From Dehalococcoidia bacterium (GTDB lineage: Bacteria > Chloroflexota > Dehalococcoidia > Plut-88900): DNA of 64,000 nt. The stretch spans positions 1,728,001 to 1,792,000 of the forward strand of contig CBDBLV010000005.1 of assembly GCA_965207225.1 (NCBI GenBank), written 5' to 3'. The notes beneath the pieces were generated by a model, which saw nothing but the letters and a program-made list of their open reading frames with translations, did no database searches and was not told where the DNA came from. The position numbers and the translations under genes were made by a program. Positions 48,025 through 58,121 of the stretch are shown piece after piece (position 1 is the first letter of the stretch; every line of letters begins with the position of its first letter).

Positions 48025-49128
48025 CTAGAGGCCCAGGGCATCGCCCAGTTTGCGCTTGTGGTGCTTCGGGTCTCCCAGGTAGCTGTAGAGGGTGCGCGAC
48101 ATCTGGGTGTGCAGCGTGAGCCCGTAACCCTTGTCAATGCCTATTCCTGCGAGCACCTCGTGGGCGGCATCACATGCCTTGACATAAGCCTCGGCGGTCA
48201 CGGCTTTGGCCATGTGTACCGAAGTCTCGGCGTCTCGGCCCGTGTCTAGCTTCCACAGGGTCTCGTAGGTCGTCCAGCGCGCCGAGTCCAGGTGATTAAC
48301 CAGACGGATAATGTGGTCCTGCACCCTCTGGAACCGGCCAATCGGCCTCCCAAACTGCACCCGCGTTCGGCTATGGTCAACCGCCATGTCAAACACGGTC
48401 TGCATTCCACCCACCTGGTAGGCACAGAGAATGGGCAGGGCCTTTATCAGGGCTCGCTCGAACGCTGGCCACCCTTCCGCCAGCACGGCAGATGTCGGCG
48501 CTTCCACGCCGTCGAATCTGACCTCGTACATGGATGTCATGAACCCGTCCAACCCCCGCACCTCGACCCCCTGAACCCCCGCCTCGATAACCGCAAACAC
48601 CACTTCCGACGCCTGTCTCACTGCACAGATGAAGTGAGTGGCCGACCGAGCGTCCTGCACAAACAGCTTGGTTCCGGAAAGACTATATGCTCCATTCTGA
48701 GAAGTTAGGGTCATGCCAATCGACCCGGGAGTCCACCCGTAGTCGGGCTCCGTAATGGCCATGCTGAATGCGAACTCACCCAAGCTTATCCCCGGCAGAT
48801 ACTTATGTTTCTGCTCCTCGGAACCTGCCTCCTGCACCAGCAGGGCCGCGAGGATACCCGACGAAAAGAAAGGCCCGGGCACCGGCCCTCGACCCAGCTC
48901 CTCGAACACAACGGCCGCATCAGTCAGAGAGTTCCCGGATCCTCCGTACTCGACAGGAGCCAGCATCCCGAGCCAACCCATCTCCCGGGCGCGGTTCCAG
49001 AGCTCGGGGGTGGTCTCCTGTCTCGCCTCTTCCATCTGGAGGATCGTCTCCTTGGAGAACTCCCGCTGCACGAAATCGCGGGTCACCCGACGGAGAAGCT
49101 CCTGCTCTTCGGTGAGGGATAAGTCCAT
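48025..49128 (-). CDS. Acyl-CoA dehydrogenase, beta-like subunit of heteromeric pair
   Basis: Motifs EELGRGPVPGPF, SGTKLFV, RVQFGRPIGRFQ, HEVLAGIG. Short C-terminus without catalytic motif. Confidence 0.88.
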   Translation of the reverse strand: MDLSLTEEQELLRRVTRDFVQREFSKETILQMEEARQETTPELWNRAREMGWLGMLAPVEYGGSGNSLTDAAVVFEELGRGPVPGPFFSSGILAALLVQEAGSEEQKHKYLPGISLGEFAFSMAITEPDYGWTPGSIGMTLTSQNGAYSLSGTKLFVQDARSATHFICAVRQASEVVFAVIEAGVQGVEVRGLDGFMTSMYEVRFDGVEAPTSAVLAEGWPAFERALIKALPILCAYQVGGMQTVFDMAVDHSRTRVQFGRPIGRFQRVQDHIIRLVNHLDSARWTTYETLWKLDTGRDAETSVHMAKAVTAEAYVKACDAAHEVLAGIGIDKGYGLTLHTQMSRTLYSYLGDPKHHKRKLGDALGL

Positions 49129-49144
49129 GAGAGTCTGAAGGGCC

Positions 49145-50377
49145 TCAGGCCAGCGCCCCGGCCTTTTCCCTAACGGTACGCCCGACCCCGATACGTCGGG
49201 ACATGATGACTTTCTGGATATCGGCCGTTCCGGCAGGATGGAGATTGACAATGGAGTTGCGCTGGTCCAGCTCGACCGCCGTCTTCAACACCGTCCACCG
49301 CTCATCCTTCACCAGCGCGTACGGCCCGAGAATATCCAGCATCGCTTCCGCATTCTCCAGCCCTGCCATCTTCTCATAGTAGGACAGTTGCGAGCCTTCG
49401 TAAGAGCGAGGTTGATTAGCATTGGCCAGCCAGAAGTTCCGCACCCCGAAAAGGCGCACAATCTCGGAACGCATGTAGATATCGGCTAGGCGCAGGCGTA
49501 TCTCTGGGTCGGCGCTCAGGGGTCTGCCGCTTCGTTGGGTCTCCTTGCAGTAGTCGATAAATCGGCTGACCAGCGTGTTCGGCTGGATGGCCCCACCCCC
49601 GCCATGCTCCAGCTCCAGATGGGTAGTGGCCACCTGCCACCCATTGTTCTCCCCCCCGACCAGGTTGAACGCCGGCACCCGGACGTTCTCGAAATGAATA
49701 GTGTTCTTCCGCCCGGTCCCCGCCCCCCCTTCATTGCCCGTTCCCAGGAGGTCCATGGGCAGGATGGACACGCCCGGTGCATCCATTGGGATAATGAACC
49801 ATGACAAATTCTCATGCCGGGGCGCCGAGGGGTCGGTCTCACACAACACCCACGCCTGCTCCGCCCCGTGATCAGACCCGACAAATATCTTGCCACCGTT
49901 GATGACGTACTCGTCACCGTCGCGGCTGGCGTTGGTCTTCACCCCTGCCAGGTCTGAACCGGCCTCGGGCTCCGTGAGAAGCTGCCAGGTTCGAACCTCG
50001 CCCTTGAAGATCGGAGGCAGGAAATGGGCCTTCTGCTCCTCGCTGCCCCACACCAGTATCGACGCCCCCCCTAACTGTCCCCCGGAGTCATAGTAGGGCG
50101 GCAGCGTCAGCCCCGCCTTGCCCAACTCTTCTTCGATGATAATGGCGTGGTCGATTGTCAGCCCGCCGCCACCGTACTGGGTCGGCGCCGTGGGCCACAG
50201 CCACCCCTTCTCCCCCAGCGCCCGACCTATCTTCCGACGCCTTCGATACTGGTCTAGAGAAAGGTCATGGGAGTCGACGGGAAACTCCAGCTCGTCAAGC
50301 CCGCAACCCTCCAGCAGCGCCCGTACTTCCTTGCGAAAGGATTCCTGCTCAGGCGTATATTCCAGCTCAAAATTCAT
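49145..50377 (-). CDS. Acyl-CoA dehydrogenase, alpha-like subunit of heteromeric pair
   Basis: Motifs LTEPEAGSDLA, INGGKIF, GENNGWQVATTHLELEH, AGTADIQK. Confidence 0.9.
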   Translation of the reverse strand: MNFELEYTPEQESFRKEVRALLEGCGLDELEFPVDSHDLSLDQYRRRRKIGRALGEKGWLWPTAPTQYGGGGLTIDHAIIIEEELGKAGLTLPPYYDSGGQLGGASILVWGSEEQKAHFLPPIFKGEVRTWQLLTEPEAGSDLAGVKTNASRDGDEYVINGGKIFVGSDHGAEQAWVLCETDPSAPRHENLSWFIIPMDAPGVSILPMDLLGTGNEGGAGTGRKNTIHFENVRVPAFNLVGGENNGWQVATTHLELEHGGGGAIQPNTLVSRFIDYCKETQRSGRPLSADPEIRLRLADIYMRSEIVRLFGVRNFWLANANQPRSYEGSQLSYYEKMAGLENAEAMLDILGPYALVKDERWTVLKTAVELDQRNSIVNLHPAGTADIQKVIMSRRIGVGRTVREKAGALA

Positions 50378-50389
50378 AGCAAAGCGAAG

Positions 50390-50458
50390 GTTATTATTGG
50401 GCGTGGGGGGCTGGGGTGTCAATCGGGCATTTCACCTCCTGCCTACGTGGGTTATAAT
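50390..50458. promoter_or_regulatory. Putative divergent sigma70 promoters
   Basis: Plus strand: TTTCAC (50430), 17 bp, TATAAT (50453). Minus strand: TTGACA (50422-50417), 18 bp, AATAAT. Confidence 0.5.
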
Positions 50459-50496
50459 CGCCGACAGCCTTAAACTCTTAGGGAGACCCCCCACCC

Positions 50497-51651
50497 ATGC
50501 GTTTTGCCGCCGTTAGCACCATGATCGATCCCAAGAAGCGATACACTCAGTCTCAGCTTCTGGACACGTTGAGAGAACAGGTGGTGATGGCGGAGGACAT
50601 GGGCTTCGAAGCCTTCTGGCTCGGGGAGCACCATTTTGGGCCTCACGGAACGGGCAACATCCCCAACCCGATACTGGTCGGCGCCGACCTCGCAGCACGG
50701 ACTAAACATATACGCATAGGGCAGTTGGCCAACATTGCGGTATGGTGGCATCCCCTCAGACTCGCCGAGGACATCGCTGTGCTGGACAACCTAACCAAGG
50801 GCAGACTGGAGGTCGGGTTTGGGCGGGGAGTGTGGCCCTACGAGGGTCCCCAGTTCCACCCTAACGCCGACCCCCGAAAAGCCGATGAAAACCGCGCCCT
50901 CTTCGAAGAAGTCATCGAGGTTGTAAAGAAGGCCTGGACCGAAGAGTTCTTTGAACACAGGGGCGCCAACTTCCAGTTCCCCGCCGACGACACCAGTTTC
51001 TCCCATCCCAGGTTCGCCTCCGACCCTACCTGGCAGGATGGAGACCGCGTACTAAAGCTGAACGTAACACCGAAACCATACGAAAAACCCCACCCGCCTC
51101 TCTGGATGACTGTTTCAACCGACCGCTCGGTAACTACGGCAGCCCGGGCAGGTCTAAAGGCGTGCTACTGGCAGCCCCCACCCCTGCGCCTGAGGGAGAG
51201 ATTCAAGCTGTATGCCCGGACCCGATCAGAGATTGAGGGTCGGGAGTTCAGGCTGGGTGAGGACCAGGCGGTGATGAGGCATACCTTCGTGGCCCGGGAT
51301 AAGGAGGAGGCCCGACGAATCGCCGGGGAAGACATAATGTTCCCCTTCACCTACAACGACCCCTTCCGCGGATTGCAGGTCTTCATGAACCCGGGAGAAG
51401 AAGTCACTCCCGACATGAAAATGGACTGGGACTTCTTGAGTAGTCGGCATCTGCTGGTCGGGAGCCCGGAGGAGGTCACCGAGAAGATCCATGAACTCGA
51501 GGAGGTCTGCGGGCTCGAGTATCTGGTCATCAACTACGGCCACGGCTGGCTCCCGAAAGAAGATGCCATAGGCAACCTGGAGAACTTCGCCGCCAAGGTG
51601 ATGCCCAAGTTCAAGGAGACCCCGAAACCAGTGTCGGTAGCGGCATCCTGA
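50497..51651 (+). CDS. LLM-class flavin-dependent oxidoreductase (LuxA-like)
   Basis: Motifs GFEAFWLGEHHF, HPLRLAEDIAVLDNLTKGRLEVGFGRG, PHPPLW. Paralog of 52877-54046. Confidence 0.9.
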   Translation: MRFAAVSTMIDPKKRYTQSQLLDTLREQVVMAEDMGFEAFWLGEHHFGPHGTGNIPNPILVGADLAARTKHIRIGQLANIAVWWHPLRLAEDIAVLDNLTKGRLEVGFGRGVWPYEGPQFHPNADPRKADENRALFEEVIEVVKKAWTEEFFEHRGANFQFPADDTSFSHPRFASDPTWQDGDRVLKLNVTPKPYEKPHPPLWMTVSTDRSVTTAARAGLKACYWQPPPLRLRERFKLYARTRSEIEGREFRLGEDQAVMRHTFVARDKEEARRIAGEDIMFPFTYNDPFRGLQVFMNPGEEVTPDMKMDWDFLSSRHLLVGSPEEVTEKIHELEEVCGLEYLVINYGHGWLPKEDAIGNLENFAAKVMPKFKETPKPVSVAAS

Positions 51652-51668
51652 AGGATGCGAATTCCACA

Positions 51669-52856
51669 ATGACTACAAACGGAACGGCATCAACTTTTCA
51701 GAAGACCCGGGCCGAGATTGATCTCGGTGCCCTTGCGCATAATTTTCACTACCTGAAGAGCCGGGTAACCGAGGGCGTAAAAATCATCGCAGTCGTGAAG
51801 GCTGATGCCTACGGCCACGGCGCAGTGACTGTCTCCCGGGCCCTGGAGAGCCTCGGAGTCGACGCCCTTGCCGTCGCCCTGATGGACGAGGCAGTCGCCC
51901 TCAGAAAAGACGGAATCGAAAGCCCGATCATCGTTTTTGGAGGCGCTTTGCCGGGAGAAGAGGCCGCCGCCATCCACTACGACCTTCTGCCTGCAGTCCA
52001 CAGCATCGAGGCTCTGGGAAGACTCTCCCAATCCGCAGCGTCCCTGGGTATGGAGGCCCGATATCACCTGAAGGTGGATACCGGAATGGGCAGGGTGGGA
52101 ATCGATTATCGTCACTTGGGCATGTTCCTGGACCACGCCATGGAGCTCCCCGCGGTGAATCTGAAGGGCGTCTTTACCCACCTGTCCTCCGCCGACGAAG
52201 ATTCCAGTGACTACTCCTCCCTGCAGCTGGAAAGATTCCGGTTCGCCTTGACGGAAATGGAGGAGCGAAACATAGAGGTGGACATGGTCCATGCCGCCAA
52301 CAGCGCGGGCGTGCTCTTCCACCCCGAGTCTTGGTTCGATGCGGTAAGGCCCGGCGTGGCACTCTACGGCATCAACCCGAGCTCCCTGTCCCAGGACCCG
52401 GTGCTCAAGCCGGTCCTCTCCTTCAAGAGCAGCGTCTCGCTGCTGAAGAACGTGCCGGCAGGCACCCCCATCAGCTATCGTAGGACATTCGTAACGGAGA
52501 GAGACAGCATCATCGCCAGTGTCCCCGTCGGTTACGCTGACGGTCTGAGCTTCCTGCTGTCAAACAGGGGCTCGGTGATAGTACGGGACCGGATCGCGCC
52601 CATAGTCGGGCGGATTACCATGGACACGACATTGATTGACGTGACCGACGTTCCGGGTGTGAACTTCGGCGAAGAGGTTATGCTGATGGGGGAAGGGGCC
52701 TCGGTGTGCATCACAGCCGAAGATATCGCCGAGACCATAGGTACAATCCCCTACGAGATTCTCTGCAACATTAGCAAACGCGTCCCGAGGGTAACGGTGG
52801 GTTCACCGCTCACCGCCAGCCTCGACAAACAGGAAGCGGCCATCCCGACGGGATAA
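51669..52856 (+). CDS. alr: Alanine racemase
   Basis: PLP-Lys motif AVVKADAYGHG, HLKVDTGMGRVG, FTHLSSAD, ANSA, VRPG, ISY (catalytic Tyr), GYADG, GRITMD, GTIPYE. Confidence 0.93.
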   Translation: MTTNGTASTFQKTRAEIDLGALAHNFHYLKSRVTEGVKIIAVVKADAYGHGAVTVSRALESLGVDALAVALMDEAVALRKDGIESPIIVFGGALPGEEAAAIHYDLLPAVHSIEALGRLSQSAASLGMEARYHLKVDTGMGRVGIDYRHLGMFLDHAMELPAVNLKGVFTHLSSADEDSSDYSSLQLERFRFALTEMEERNIEVDMVHAANSAGVLFHPESWFDAVRPGVALYGINPSSLSQDPVLKPVLSFKSSVSLLKNVPAGTPISYRRTFVTERDSIIASVPVGYADGLSFLLSNRGSVIVRDRIAPIVGRITMDTTLIDVTDVPGVNFGEEVMLMGEGASVCITAEDIAETIGTIPYEILCNISKRVPRVTVGSPLTASLDKQEAAIPTG

Positions 52857-52876
52857 CCGAGAAGGGAGAAGGGACT

Positions 52877-54046
52877 ATGAGGTTTGCGACGTTTACCACC
52901 GTGGCCGACGCGGCGGGTGAGGCCACGACAGCGGCGGACCTGCTGGATAACCTCAGAGAGCAGACCATCCTTGCTGAAGAGATGTGCTTCGAAGCCATGT
53001 GGCTGGGAGAACACCACTTTGGCCCCTACGAAGCTGGTGATATCCCCAACCCCATCCTTCTCGGCGCCGACCTTGCGGCCCGGACATCCAGGATTCGCAT
53101 CGGCCAGATGGCCAACATCGCCCCTTGGTGGCACCCGATAAGACTTGCCGAGGATGTAGCCATCCTCGACAACCTGACCCGAGGTAGGGTGGATGTAGGG
53201 TTTGGTCGTGGAATATGGCCCTACGAGGGCCCCCAGTTCCACCCCAATGCCGACCCCCGAAAGGACCAGGAAAACCGCACCCTCTTCCGGGAGGTCATCG
53301 AAGTCGCCAAGGAGATCTGGGCCAACGAATACTTCTCATACAAGGGCGAAAACTTCACCTTCCCCGCCGAAGAGACCCGGTTCAAGCACCCTCTCTACCC
53401 GCCCAACGACGTTTGGCTCGATGGTGACAAGGTTACTAAGCTCCGAGTTACCCCTAGGCCCTATCAGAAGCCCCACCCACCCCTCTGGATGACGGTCTCT
53501 ACTGACAGGTCCGTGACCACAGCTGCCGAACTGGGCCTGAAGGCCTGCTACTGGCAGCCGCCGCCCTTGAGAATAAAGCAGCGAATGGAGCGTTACGCGG
53601 AAGTCAGGTCGGAGAAAGAAGGGCGGCTGTTCGCCTTTGGAGAAGATCAGGCGGTGATGCGCACCACCTACGTGTCCGATTCCATGGAACAGGCCCGACG
53701 CGAAGGCGAGGCCGGCGTCATGTCAGGATTCATATACAATGATCCCTTCCGAGGCCGGGAAGTCTTCGCCGACCCCGATGAGGAGCTGGACCCCGGCACG
53801 AAGATGAGTTGGGACTTTCTCGAACCCCGGTCCCTGCTGGTCGGCTCCCCCGACGACGTGATAGAGAAGATCCACGAGATGCAGGAAGTCTGCAACCTGG
53901 ACTACCTGCTGGTCTCCTATTCCCACTTCGGAATCCCGACCAATAAGGTGCTCAGGAGCCTGGAACTCTTCGCAACCAAAGTCATGCCCTGGTTCGCCAG
54001 GAAGGACGCCCAGAAGGAAGCAAAGGCCCCCGTAGCAGCTTCCTGA
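52877..54046 (+). CDS. LLM-class flavin-dependent oxidoreductase (LuxA-like)
   Basis: Motifs MWLGEHHF, HPIRLAED, GFGRG, PYQKPHPPLW. Paralog of 50497-51651. Confidence 0.9.
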   Translation: MRFATFTTVADAAGEATTAADLLDNLREQTILAEEMCFEAMWLGEHHFGPYEAGDIPNPILLGADLAARTSRIRIGQMANIAPWWHPIRLAEDVAILDNLTRGRVDVGFGRGIWPYEGPQFHPNADPRKDQENRTLFREVIEVAKEIWANEYFSYKGENFTFPAEETRFKHPLYPPNDVWLDGDKVTKLRVTPRPYQKPHPPLWMTVSTDRSVTTAAELGLKACYWQPPPLRIKQRMERYAEVRSEKEGRLFAFGEDQAVMRTTYVSDSMEQARREGEAGVMSGFIYNDPFRGREVFADPDEELDPGTKMSWDFLEPRSLLVGSPDDVIEKIHEMQEVCNLDYLLVSYSHFGIPTNKVLRSLELFATKVMPWFARKDAQKEAKAPVAAS

Positions 54047-54076
54047 ACCCACTCCCGATCCTCCCGGAGCGTAGAA

Positions 54077-54925
54077 ATGACATCACAGCGACAACTCATC
54101 GACTGGCACACCCACGTCTGGCGGTCGGACCACATGACCTCCCAGGCCCGGGCGGACATGAAAAAGCATGGAGTGATCGGCGGCGAGGCCTCTCCTGAGG
54201 AACACAAGAGACTGGTGGTGGACGGTGGCGCCGAGAAGTTCGTGGTGATTAATGCGCCCGTTCGCGCCCACAAGAGGATACCCAACGATTTCATAGCAGA
54301 TTATGTTTCCCAATACCCCGGCAGGGCTGTCGGGTTTGCATCCGTAGACCCGAATGATCCCACCGCCCCGGAAGACTTTGAACGGAGCGTCACGGACCTC
54401 GGTCTCCAGGGCCTGAAGCTCTCACCCGTATACCAGGGTTTCGACCCCTGGAGCCCCGAGGCCTGGCGGCTCTTTCACATTGCCAACAAGTACGATACTC
54501 CGGTCATGTTCCACATGGGCGGCGCCTACGACCCCAATGGGGTGCTCGACTGGGGAAACCCCTTGCGCCTCGACAAGGTCGGGAGGGCGTTCCCGGACCT
54601 GTGCATCATCGTTGCTCATTTCGGACAACCGAACATGCAGGAAACCGTGATGCTGATGCGGAAGAACAAGAACGTATTCGCCGACCTCTCGGCCAGGTTT
54701 CACCGCAAATGGCAGCTCTACAACGGCCTGTTGGTAGCCATCGAATACAAGGTGACCGACCGCATCACCTTTGGCTCCGACTTCCCGGTAATGAGCACCA
54801 TGGACGCCGTCAACGCCTTCAAGAACATCAACAACTGGGGAGAGGGCATCACCCTTCCCAGGATCCCCGAGGACCTGATAGACGACATCATCTACAACCG
54901 TCCCTTCGACCTGCTGCGCTTCTAA
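54077..54925 (+). CDS. Amidohydrolase_2 family protein
   Basis: Motifs DWHTH, GLKLSPVYQ, VMFHMG, AHFG, FGSDFP. Close paralog of 11143-12003. Confidence 0.9.
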   Translation: MTSQRQLIDWHTHVWRSDHMTSQARADMKKHGVIGGEASPEEHKRLVVDGGAEKFVVINAPVRAHKRIPNDFIADYVSQYPGRAVGFASVDPNDPTAPEDFERSVTDLGLQGLKLSPVYQGFDPWSPEAWRLFHIANKYDTPVMFHMGGAYDPNGVLDWGNPLRLDKVGRAFPDLCIIVAHFGQPNMQETVMLMRKNKNVFADLSARFHRKWQLYNGLLVAIEYKVTDRITFGSDFPVMSTMDAVNAFKNINNWGEGITLPRIPEDLIDDIIYNRPFDLLRF

Positions 54926-54936
54926 AGGAGCATCCA

Positions 54937-56106
54937 ATGGCTGATAACAACCTGGAACCGAAGGACTGGGCATTTTCGGAAGAAGAGTTCCGGGGCCGCG
55001 TGGCCCGGGCCCAGGAAGCTATGAAGCAGGCCGGTATTGACTGCGCCGTATGCGTCGGCCCCGAGCTGCTTTACTACTACTCAGGCTACGACGCCCATAC
55101 CTTCTTCCAGTTCCAGGCCCTGGTCTTCGGCCCGGATGATGACGAACCCACCCTGGTAATGAGGGACGTGGATTTGGGTCGAGCGGAAGTCACTTCATGG
55201 GTGACTGACCTCAGACTTTACCGGCACGGCGCGGATGACCCGGTAGAGATGGCTGCAAGTGCAGTCAAGGAGCGATTGGGAAGCGGGACCAGGGTTGGCG
55301 CCGACCTCAAGGCCTACGCCTTTACGGGACTGCACGCCATCCGGCTTAAGGAAGCGCTCGCTCCTGCCGTCCTGGAGGACTTCACGCAGGGCCTGGACGG
55401 CGTCCGGCTGTCCAAGTCCGACGCAGAGATGGTCTACGTCCGAAAGGCTGCCGAGATTGCCACCGTGGGATTGGACCGGGCCAGGGCCGTCGCCCGACCC
55501 GGCATCACGGAGATCGCCCTCGCCGGCGAGGTTGAGACCGCTATGCGCCAGGCCGGCACCGAGTACCCGGGGATGCCTACCTGGATTCACTCCGGGACCA
55601 GGCGCATAGGTCACAAGACCCCCGACCGCCGGGTACTGCAGAGCGGCGACCTCATATCCATGGAGTTCGCTGGTGTCTACCGTCGCTATCACGCCGCCAC
55701 CATGCAGACTTTCGCAGTAGGAGAACCGAGTCAGGAAGCCCGGGATGCCTACAACATCGCATTGCGGGCCATTAGGGCCGGATGCAAGAACATCGAGATC
55801 GGTAGAAGAGTCACTGACGCTGAACAGGCCGTCGTGGACTCCCTGGTCTCGGACGGCTTCGACCCCTCGGTGCGTGCCCGGTTCGGCTATGGCGTCGGGA
55901 TCGCTTATCCGCTTACTTGGCTGGAAAGCCTGGACATAACCTTGGAATCAGACCAGGTCTTTGAACGCAACATGACCTTCGTGCTGCATACCAGTTCCAT
56001 CGACCCGGACAGGCACCAGCACATCCTGGTGGGCGGCGCCTACGCAGTCACCGACAATGGCCTTGAGGCCATGAGCGGCGGCGATTTCGAGCTGCAGGTC
56101 GTCTAG
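54937..56106 (+). CDS. M24-fold hydrolase, divergent DoeA/creatinase-like
   Basis: AAGGAG RBS. Motifs YYYSGY, RLSKSDAE, MEFAGVYRRYH, RFGYGVGIAYP.TW.E. Confidence 0.78.
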   Translation: MADNNLEPKDWAFSEEEFRGRVARAQEAMKQAGIDCAVCVGPELLYYYSGYDAHTFFQFQALVFGPDDDEPTLVMRDVDLGRAEVTSWVTDLRLYRHGADDPVEMAASAVKERLGSGTRVGADLKAYAFTGLHAIRLKEALAPAVLEDFTQGLDGVRLSKSDAEMVYVRKAAEIATVGLDRARAVARPGITEIALAGEVETAMRQAGTEYPGMPTWIHSGTRRIGHKTPDRRVLQSGDLISMEFAGVYRRYHAATMQTFAVGEPSQEARDAYNIALRAIRAGCKNIEIGRRVTDAEQAVVDSLVSDGFDPSVRARFGYGVGIAYPLTWLESLDITLESDQVFERNMTFVLHTSSIDPDRHQHILVGGAYAVTDNGLEAMSGGDFELQVV

Positions 56107-56388
56107 GCCCTAGTTGCCCTTCCAGCGTTCGATCCCCGTGGCATCGCTGACAGCTTGTATCAGCGACTCTATCTTGTCGTGGTCGGGCGTGGTGTCGGTA
56201 AGCTGATAGACGATCAGAGGCCTGTTGGGTATACGGCACTCCAGTTCCACGCACTGGTCGGCCTGCTGACCGTACCTTCCCACCCGTAGTGAAAGCTGCT
56301 CGAAGGGATGGCTCTTCTTGGAGCCCATTATGAACCACTTCTTGTCGGCAATTGTGACCGTCTGCTTGTTGCGGTCGAAGAAGTAGTC

Positions 56389-58121
56389 CAGCCTGTCTCA
56401 GAAGTTGGGGAGTGGTGAATGGAACCTTGTTAGGTGTACCTTTGAAGCGACATCGACGAAGGAGAGATGGAGATGCCGCTTCGAGATATGGACCGAGAAC
56501 AGATGTGGCTGTTGCCCCCGACTCTTGACGATCTGTTGCCGTTAGACCATCCAGCCCGATTCGTGGCCGAGTTTGTGGACGCACTGGATAGGGAAGGCTG
56601 GGCTGAACTCGGCGTGGAGATAGACGGCGACCCGATGGGAGCGCCGGCCTACCATCCCCGCGCTTTGTTGAGCGTGTGGCTGTACGGTTTCATGACCGGG
56701 GTGCGCTCCTGCCGCAAGTTGGAGGCGGCCTGCCGGGACCAGATACCGTATCTGTGGCTGACCGGCTGGCAGCATCCTGACCACAACACCTTGTGGCGGT
56801 TCTACAAGGAACACAGGCAGTCCATGAGGAAGCTGTTCGAGCGCACTGTGCGCACGGCGGTGACGATGAAGCTGGTGGATCTGGCGGTGCAGGCGGTTGA
56901 CGGAACTAAGGTGGGGGCCAATGCGGCAAGAGATAGGACCTACGATGCGGGGGAGTTGGGTCGGTTATTGAACAGGGTGGAGAAGGCGATCTCCGACCTT
57001 GAAGCTCAGAACGAAGCAGGTGAGGATACCCCCGCATTACATCTGCCGGAAGAATTAGCCAACAAGCAAACGCTGAGGGAGCAGATTCGTCATGCGATGG
57101 ACGAGTTGGCTTCTGAGCGGAATCGCAAGCGCATCAACCTCACCGATCGGGATGCAAAACTCATGAGGACCCGTCAGGGCTTCATGCCCAGCTACAACGC
57201 CCAAGCTATGGTGTCACCGCTGGCACCAGGCGGACAGACGACCGGCATGCTGCTGACCGCCGTAGACGTTGTGGACCAAGTCAATGACGCCCTCCAGTTG
57301 ACCCCGATGATGGAACAGGCAGAGGGTGTTACAGGAACCAGGACTCCGTTGACGTTGGCAGACGCCGGTTATTGTGGAGGCCGGAACCTGGAGGCGAGTC
57401 ACCGTAAAGGTCAGCAAGTGGCAATGCCGGATATGGCCCGACCACTGGACAATCCCTATCACAAGGACCGATTCACCTATGACGAGGGCAACGACAGGTA
57501 CGTCTGTCCTCATGGAAAGATATTGCGCTTCTCCAGCTCGTCCACAAACGCCGGAACGCCGGTCCGGGTATACCGAGCAGCCTCTGCCTCGGCCTGCCGC
57601 AGTTGCCCCGCATTTGGGGTCTGCACCAAGGATTACCCACGGGGACGCAAGCTAGAAATCGGGGCACGCGACCATGTACTGCGCGCTCACAGAGAATGGA
57701 TGTCTACCGAGGCAGCCACGACGGCCTACAAACGGAGGAAGTACCTGGTCGAACCGGTCTTCGGGATCTTTAAGGAACAACTGAGGGCTCGGAGGTTCCT
57801 GTTGCGTGGCCTTGCCAACGTGAAGGCCGAATGGACGGTGCTTGCCATCGCCTTCAACCTCCGCACTATCTGGAAGGCGTGGAGACCCGGAGCCGACCCC
57901 TCCACTCAAGTATCCGCGGCCTAGTGCCTCTCCCCACTCTCTCACAGCAACTGCCGCTACTACACAACTCTCACCCTTCAATCCAGCATTCCCCTATCAC
58001 TTCCCGGCTGGGGTCGTAAAAGCGAACCCTGGTCTAAGCGGCATCTTCATCTCTTCGTAGATGTCGCGTCGGAACAGCTGCCGGGGCGCTATCCGTCACT
58101 TCCCACTTATGGGACAGCCTC
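56389..58121 (+). mobile_element. IS1182-family insertion sequence (1733 bp)
   Basis: Imperfect terminal IRs CAGCCTGTCTCAGAAGT / ACTTATGGGACAGCCTC. Target duplication TAGTC at 56384-56388 and 58122-58126. Confidence 0.9.
56467..57924 (+). CDS. IS1182-family DDE transposase
   Basis: Motifs Q.WLLPP.L, GAPAYHP, SCRKLE, PDHNTL.RF, VDGTKV.ANA, TDRDAKLM, YNAQ, ADAGY, VEPVFG..K. Intact 485 aa. Confidence 0.93.
   Translation: MEMPLRDMDREQMWLLPPTLDDLLPLDHPARFVAEFVDALDREGWAELGVEIDGDPMGAPAYHPRALLSVWLYGFMTGVRSCRKLEAACRDQIPYLWLTGWQHPDHNTLWRFYKEHRQSMRKLFERTVRTAVTMKLVDLAVQAVDGTKVGANAARDRTYDAGELGRLLNRVEKAISDLEAQNEAGEDTPALHLPEELANKQTLREQIRHAMDELASERNRKRINLTDRDAKLMRTRQGFMPSYNAQAMVSPLAPGGQTTGMLLTAVDVVDQVNDALQLTPMMEQAEGVTGTRTPLTLADAGYCGGRNLEASHRKGQQVAMPDMARPLDNPYHKDRFTYDEGNDRYVCPHGKILRFSSSSTNAGTPVRVYRAASASACRSCPAFGVCTKDYPRGRKLEIGARDHVLRAHREWMSTEAATTAYKRRKYLVEPVFGIFKEQLRARRFLLRGLANVKAEWTVLAIAFNLRTIWKAWRPGADPSTQVSAA

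Noticed and set aside
50497-54046. Bacterial luciferase luxAB
   Set aside because: No luxCDE or luxG; LLM paralogs are generic flavin oxidoreductases.
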